Assembly (NCBI RefSeq): GCF_021869535.1
Contig: NW_026262637.1
Span: 16,182,001-16,246,000, forward strand
DNA: 64,000 bases
Direction of reading: 5' to 3'
From: Mytilus californianus
Lineage: Eukaryota
Shown: piece after piece, positions 57,756-64,000 of the stretch
Position numbering within the stretch: position 1 is the stretch's first letter
Layout of the letters: each line of letters opens with the position of its first letter
Program-made: the position numbers and the translations under genes
The notes under the pieces: model-generated
What the model saw: the letters and a program-made list of their open reading frames with translations, nothing else
Told to the model about the DNA's origin: nothing
The model's database searches: none

Positions 57756-60700
57756 ATGGACGTTTTAAAAGTATGCACTAGTACCAACAGACGAAAATTT
57801 GTATTTACCCTCATCTTTATATCAGCTCTCACTTATACCATACATAACCACGGTACGTAAACAACTCACTTTTAATATTTGCTTTTAATTAATGGACTGA
57901 CTACCTCTACCGATTTCATACATTAGTCAATTTCTTTGGAAGTCCAATGCTATTTCAGTGAAAGATGTGTTTTCAATAACTACCATAGATGAAAATATTT
58001 AAATCCATACAAATTGTTCAATTCTAAGTAAACGGAAATGTTCGAACGTTTCTTTCATATTTATTTAATAAAACAGCGATCATTTGATTTTTCACCAATG
58101 CGGAATATAGCGGTATCAATTTCATAAAAATTATCCTAAACAAAATTTCGTCCTTCCTACTATCGTCATTTTTCTTAATTTATATGCAGAACATTTACAT
58201 AGAATTAATAAATAATTTGACATTCTTGACTTTTATTTCAGGATACAATATATTTTCCCGCAGCACTATGAGAAACTTACACAGCAGTACTCATGTGAGG
58301 AATACAGTTCTAAATAAGTCTATAAACAGTAATACTGGGAGACATATTAACCAAAATAAAAAAGGGATATCAACACATAATCATAGAGACATTTTATTAT
58401 TTGGTTACCAAAGAGGAGAAACAACATTTGTGGGACATATTCTTGGATGTAGAAAGGATACGTTTTATTTTTACGAGCCTTTCTGGTCAGTATCAAGACA
58501 ACAATATTTTACGAAATCTCAGAAGTGTGACACACACAAAGATGTATGCAGGTAGGTAGTATTAAACATTACCTGATAAAAATATCATATCAATAAACAT
58601 GGTAAACAAATGACAACAAAGCCAAGCAACATAAAATACAACCAAATTGCACTCAGTGCAAATAAAACAAACGAACAGAACAAAACTTAAGTGTTTTTTT
58701 TTATTTTATCGAAAACTCGACCTCTGGTCTTTCTGTTTTTTCGGGTCGTGGGTTGCTGTCTCATTGGTGTTTACCCCATGTCTTTTACTGTTTCTTTTAT
58801 AATATTGTTATCTTTAGCATGTTTGGAGTAAACAATATGAAGAAATTTACCAATGAATTCGTCTTAATCGTAAATAAAAATTCTAGCATAAAAAAGAACA
58901 TGATAAAAGAAGTAAATATCTCATTTTATTTATAAGAAAACTTAACTTTTTTATATGGAGCATTTGAACACAGAGAGTGCAACTGGAAACCAAACAGATT
59001 TTAAATCCAAGTAGAATCAAAGTTGTAAACTTCTATGTCATTTGGTCTCTGTTGTAAAGTTGTCTCATTGGCAATCATAACACATCTTCTTATTTTTATA
59101 CTTGTGATACTAAAGTCAAGGTTGTTTACAGTAATGCTGACAAATATTACTGTTTCTAGACAATTTAGCTTTATTTGGCAAAACCTTTCGGAATTTTGGG
59201 TCCTCAATGCTCTTCAACTTCGTACTTTATTTGGCCTTTTTTACATTTTTTTATTCGAGCGTCATTGGTGAGTCTTTTGTAGACGAAACGCGCGTCTGGC
59301 GTACAAAATTTTAATCCTGGTATCTATGATGCGTTTATTTGCAACATTGGGACTATGATTCCACCAGGGCTTTCAGCGACCAATTTCATATTGAAATCTA
59401 TATGCTCAGTTGTTTTACATTACGTGTATGTCTTTTAACATGAATTCATGACTGTACTGCATGTACTTAACTTGTTTGCGCATATAAAATTGAAGTAACA
59501 TTATGTCCAACGGGCCTGTGTTAAAATCAGTTAATTTAAAAATTATATTATTTGTTATGTATACAATAGCACACATGTCACCTTCATATACAGTGCATTA
59601 TGTTACGGAACTATATCTCAAGAAAATTCTTTCCAAATATTTTTGGTTCTAAATAGCTCCGAAGTGATCGTCCGTTTTTAGATATCAAGTTCAAAACAGT
59701 TTTCGTTGCACTTGAAAATTAATGAGCATGGTACAAGAGGTGTTGCGGGTCTTGTTTTTGATACACCATCCCAGTCAGATCTAATTTATACATATTTTAT
59801 ACTAGATTATAGGCTTTTGAATGTCACGCTATTTGCTGAAATATAAAAACAAATAAACAATCAGTTGTTCGATATCTGTTTGTGCTTACATTTCTTGAAA
59901 AGTGATAAAAAAGAGTCGGGATTGTTTATTAATTTTAGGGCATCAAATGTGACTCCCTATTTTCATTGTCAGTATGTAATTTGTTTTCTTTCGTACAAAT
60001 AATGCCAACAAAAGCAGTAAGATTACGCCACGAAACTATGATATGGTAAATACTGAAACACTTGAAAGTGTTAGCTTCTCATTATTGTATAAGGTTTCAA
60101 ATTTCCAAACAGTTTGGCCTCTAGCATTACTGCAAGAGACTTTGTTTGACAAAATGTGCATCTAGTGCAGTAAAATTGGGTACGTTTAATGTTAATAAAA
60201 TCGATAACTTTCTGATGTACACTTTTCATTGGACTCATCTTTTACAGTAGTTAAGACACAAATAAATCGACCAAACCAATCAATCAGTTAACCAATGTAT
60301 CAAAAGCACGAAACATTCAAATTCACCGTATCATTTTGTTGACATTTCAGAAACTACGACAACAGCACAATCAACATTTCAAAACTTGTAAGTTCATTGT
60401 ATGACTGTGATTCCGATACAATAGGAAAACTTGTATCAAGCGTCCAATCAGAACATTCTTGTACAAGGAAGAGGATAACGTTCAAGAATAGGGATGTACA
60501 TAAATTGCATAATATCTGCACACAAGCTAAGTATAGAGTTACGAAAATGCTTAGAATAAGTGCGGAATTCATTGAAAACCTTCTTCAAATAAATCCTCAA
60601 TTAAAAATAGTATATTTGTATCGTGATCCGAGAGCAATTGTAACGTCAAGATTAAAAACTCATATCAGACCAATTAGAGAATTAGTGACCGCAGTTTGTA

Positions 60701-61128
60701 AGAAGATGGACATAGATAGCAGTATTGTTATTCAAATGGCGAGCAAACATCCACAAAATGTTATTTTAGTATCGGCAGAAAGTATTGCAAAATATACGGT
60801 TAATATTTCACGTCAAATGTTTGAATTTTTGGATCTTAAATTCACAAAATCGGATGAAAAACAAATAAATAGTTTATCAAACTGGGACAACAAGCGTAAA
60901 TATATGAGAGAGGGAAATTTCAACCCGTATAAAAATAACGGGTTTGCATCGTCCATGAAATGGCGGACAGTTTTATCACAAGAAACCAAAGCCATTGTTG
61001 ACAGTTTCTGTCAGTCTGTGTATCAACGTCTTGGATATCTAAATATGTCATCAACAGAATATTTCAGAAATATTAATAAAACTAACGTGTTTCTGCCTGA
61101 AAAAATAAAGGAATTTTCTTTGCAATAA
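57756..61128 (+). CDS. Golgi type II membrane carbohydrate sulfotransferase (CHST1-7-like, Sulfotransfer_1 fold), 394 aa
   Basis: join(57756..57852, 58242..58551, 60351..61128) = 1185 nt, GT-AG, phases 1 and 2 consistent. N-terminal TM segment (KFVFTLIFISALTY), 5'-PSB-like GYQRGETTFVGHIL followed by FYFYEPFW, KMLRI, and 3'-PB LKIVYLYRDPRAIVTSR. Confidence 0.9.
59257..59302 (+). ncRNA. Degenerate minimal type I hammerhead ribozyme motif in an interspersed repeat
   Basis: GCGTCA-TTGGTGA-GTCT TTTGT AGAC-GAAA-CGCGCG-TC-TGGCGT. All stems pair, but the core differs from CTGATGA at two positions. Confidence 0.6.
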
Positions 61129-62047
61129 CATAGTGCGTTTATATGTGAAAATTGTTATGGACAAACAACATTCATCTGTAAATAAATAGCTTTAGTTAAA
61201 TAAAACAAATCTACATTGCTGGATTTCTTATCCTTATTCAGATGAGGCAGGAATGTATCCACATTGTGTGTATATAATACGGAAATAGTGCATTGCTCCC
61301 TTAGACTTATTATCGCAAAAATTAGTTGGTTTACAGTATACGACATTATATCGTTGAAATATTAGAAATCATATAATAATACAAGGTATTAGCGTGCTTT
61401 TTAAATGTTGAACAATGTCGTTTATCCATGAACAGACAATTCTTAATTGTACCTTCTTAGTATAGAGACAAACACATTATAACTGTTCAATATATCCTCC
61501 AGAGATTAATAGATGCGTTCCATTGTCACGAGCAAATCAAAACATTCTGACGACATGTAGATTTAGTATTTTTCTGTCTTTTTATAGGATGCTATATTTG
61601 CAATGTTTATTTTTTTCATTTATCCAAAATATTTGTTTGGGTTTTATTTTTTCGTACATTTTTATGTGTAAATGATTTTGTTTTTGAGTCAAAAAAACAT
61701 ACTATACCTGCAATTGCAACTCATGGGTGATCTCCGGTTTAATTAATTTTCTGTTTAGGCTCACCAAAACGTTTCATGATGTACGATCGTTCAAGTTGCA
61801 ACTTCAAATGCATTCTATATCTCCCAGTTGATATACTATTCCAGGGTTAACTTTTCAAGGCTTATAATTTTTTCCTAAATAGAAAATTGCTTATCAACCG
61901 AAAGCCTTTGAAACAAAGTTTCCCCAATGAATTATTGGAAATAATCTCTTCGAACTTTTTAAAACATTATTACGTTAACCTTTATGACTGTAAAAAAGTG
62001 ATCACGTATATATTCAGTTTGTCAAGTCTTTCTCCGTTCCCCCATAT

Positions 62048-62420
62048 AGATATAAGGAGATGTGGTATGAGTGCCAATGAGACAACTCTCCATCCAAGTC
62101 AAAATTTATAAAATTAAACCATTATAGGTCAAAGTACGGTCTTCAACACGGAGCCTTGGCTCACACCGAACAGTAAGCTATAAAGGGCCCCAAAAATTAC
62201 TAGTGTAAAACCATTCAAACGGAAAAAACCAACGGTCTAATCTATATAAAAAACGAGAAACACTTATGAACCACATCAACAAACGACAACTACTGAACAT
62301 CAGATTCCTGACTTAGGACAGGTGCAAACAAATGCAGCGGGTTTAAACGTTTTAATGGTACCAAACCTTCACCCTTTTTCTGAAACAATAGTGTAACATC
62401 ACAACATAGAAAGACACACT
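62048..62420. repeat. Abundant interspersed repeat (ggagatgtggtatgagtgccaatgagacaactctcc family)
   Basis: Matches ~13380-13500 and the reverse complement of 6005-6205. Confidence 0.7.
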
Positions 62421-64000
62421 ATAAAATATCAACTGAAATAGCTTAACTCAATCAAAGGACATATTAACACGAGTGAACATACACTGAACAAATAAATTTG
62501 ACCTATGATACAATGCAAATACAAAATTAATAAACTAAGGGAAGAATAATAAAAGTAACATGTTATATCTATACATGTTTATGACGCCACCGAATGCCAC
62601 TTATTATCGGATTTTTGCTTGTCCTGAGAGGTGTCACAAATGGTGCCGGAAATTCATTATCCTTTAGAGGTAATTTAGTCCCTCCAGTTTTTTAAAGGTT
62701 CCATGAGTTTTCTGTTTGGTATTTAGTGATTTTTTAAATTTTTAAATTGTGTGTTGCATTTATATACAGGGGTCTTGTCTTTGTCTTATCCCAGGAAACA
62801 ACTTTTATTCTAAACGTTTAAATTCGATTGCGAATAACAAGAAACAATTTCAATTTTATTTTTTTCTCTGAAATTATTGTTCGTTCACATAAATGTGTTT
62901 TCCCTTCATACAATATGAAAAATTTTCACAACTGGAACTTGAAATCAAGCAATTTTCTCTAACTGTTTTACAAAGAATATTTCATATTAAGGTTGTGTGA
63001 CCGAAATGACAAAAAGAGTTATATTCCTATATTTTTGGTACTGTTTGTTGGTACAGTTATCTTAATACATGTAACAGTAATTATTTGAAGGAACTATTTT
63101 ATATAAATAGATAATTAAGACACAATACGTTTTGGACTGCTGTACTTAAGCTATGCAGGGGCCCTCAAGTGTTCAGATTATTATCCAATCAGCAAAGGGG
63201 TTTCCCAGTCACTTCTGCATGTGCTTCTCGTTTACTAATTGTTTTGGGAGATCATACTAATTAACCAATGAGATTGCTCATTAATTTTGAATTAACCAAT
63301 CAGCACTTATTTAGCAGGGCTTTTGTTTTAAACACGCACGCTTAATTATTCTTAAAGCAGCGCTTGCTTGTAGCAGTCATTTTAAATTTTTCGGGAAAAT
63401 ATTTTCTTCACAACCTCCACTCCCTAGTGGACATTTATTTTTATTTGCTATATACATATATTACGGATATTATTGCATTAGTAGAATCAGCTTTGCATAT
63501 ATCTATATTGTTTAATTAGTAGAGTAGTAATGTTTCAAAGAACTCACAGTTTTTATGGACTTTTTGTATGGAGTACCACAGTTTTTCAACTTGATTTTGC
63601 TTTCTTTGTAAATATGTTTATTGCTTATTGATATGCAAAGAAAATATTAAACTGTGATTCTTCTCCCAAACCTGTGTTTGTTCAGTTTGTACTTTAATAC
63701 AATAACCAGTTGGCATATATGTCTTGGTCTCTTTACTTAACTCTGATTATTGTAAATCAAGTGCCTTTATCTGCACTGTAACTCTTCAGCATTTTGGGCA
63801 CCAAAGGGATAGCAACCTGGTTATTGGTACCACTGGCCTTATTCATCAATATCACATAAGGGAGGATCTGGGTGGGACAAGTTTTGTGGATTAATAGGAA
63901 TGGAAACTACAGTTATATATTTAGATATGAATGCATTTAAAATCTGAGCTATGAAAGTCTATCTTTCCGTCTTGAGCTCTGCTTTGGTTTTGGCCTTACG

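Overview
AT-rich, intron-rich eukaryotic genomic DNA, most likely a bivalve mollusc such as Mytilus. The taxon is inferred from the C1qDC gene type and the repeat families, not proven. Four spliced genes were rebuilt by hand with consistent intron phases: a 3-exon C1q-domain gene with a one-base frameshift (minus, 1417-4103), ZC4H2 (minus, 5 exons, 225 aa), TRAPPC10 (minus, 22 coding exons, 1144 aa) and a Golgi CHST-type sulfotransferase (plus, 3 coding exons, 394 aa). The rest is dense with non-autonomous mobile elements: Helentron/HINE-like elements with internal tandem repeats, CAG...CTG TIR elements with 5-bp TSDs, tRNA-headed SINEs, MITEs and Penelope-like repeats carrying minimal hammerhead motifs. 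The most notable observations are in TRAPPC10. (1) The 3' end of exon 11 plus its splice donor is amplified into a 25-unit, 66-bp minisatellite, and the '563-aa ORF' is an artefact of it. (2) The same donor-spanning duplication recurs, older and with lost or damaged GT, at exons 8 and 18. (3) Intron 12 is a U12-type AT-AC intron with a cryptic frame-preserving GT-AG pair shifted exactly 10 nt. (4) Intron 20 holds an unexplained ~780-bp A-B-A-B-A concatemer. No database searches were run, so family names come from recalled motifs.
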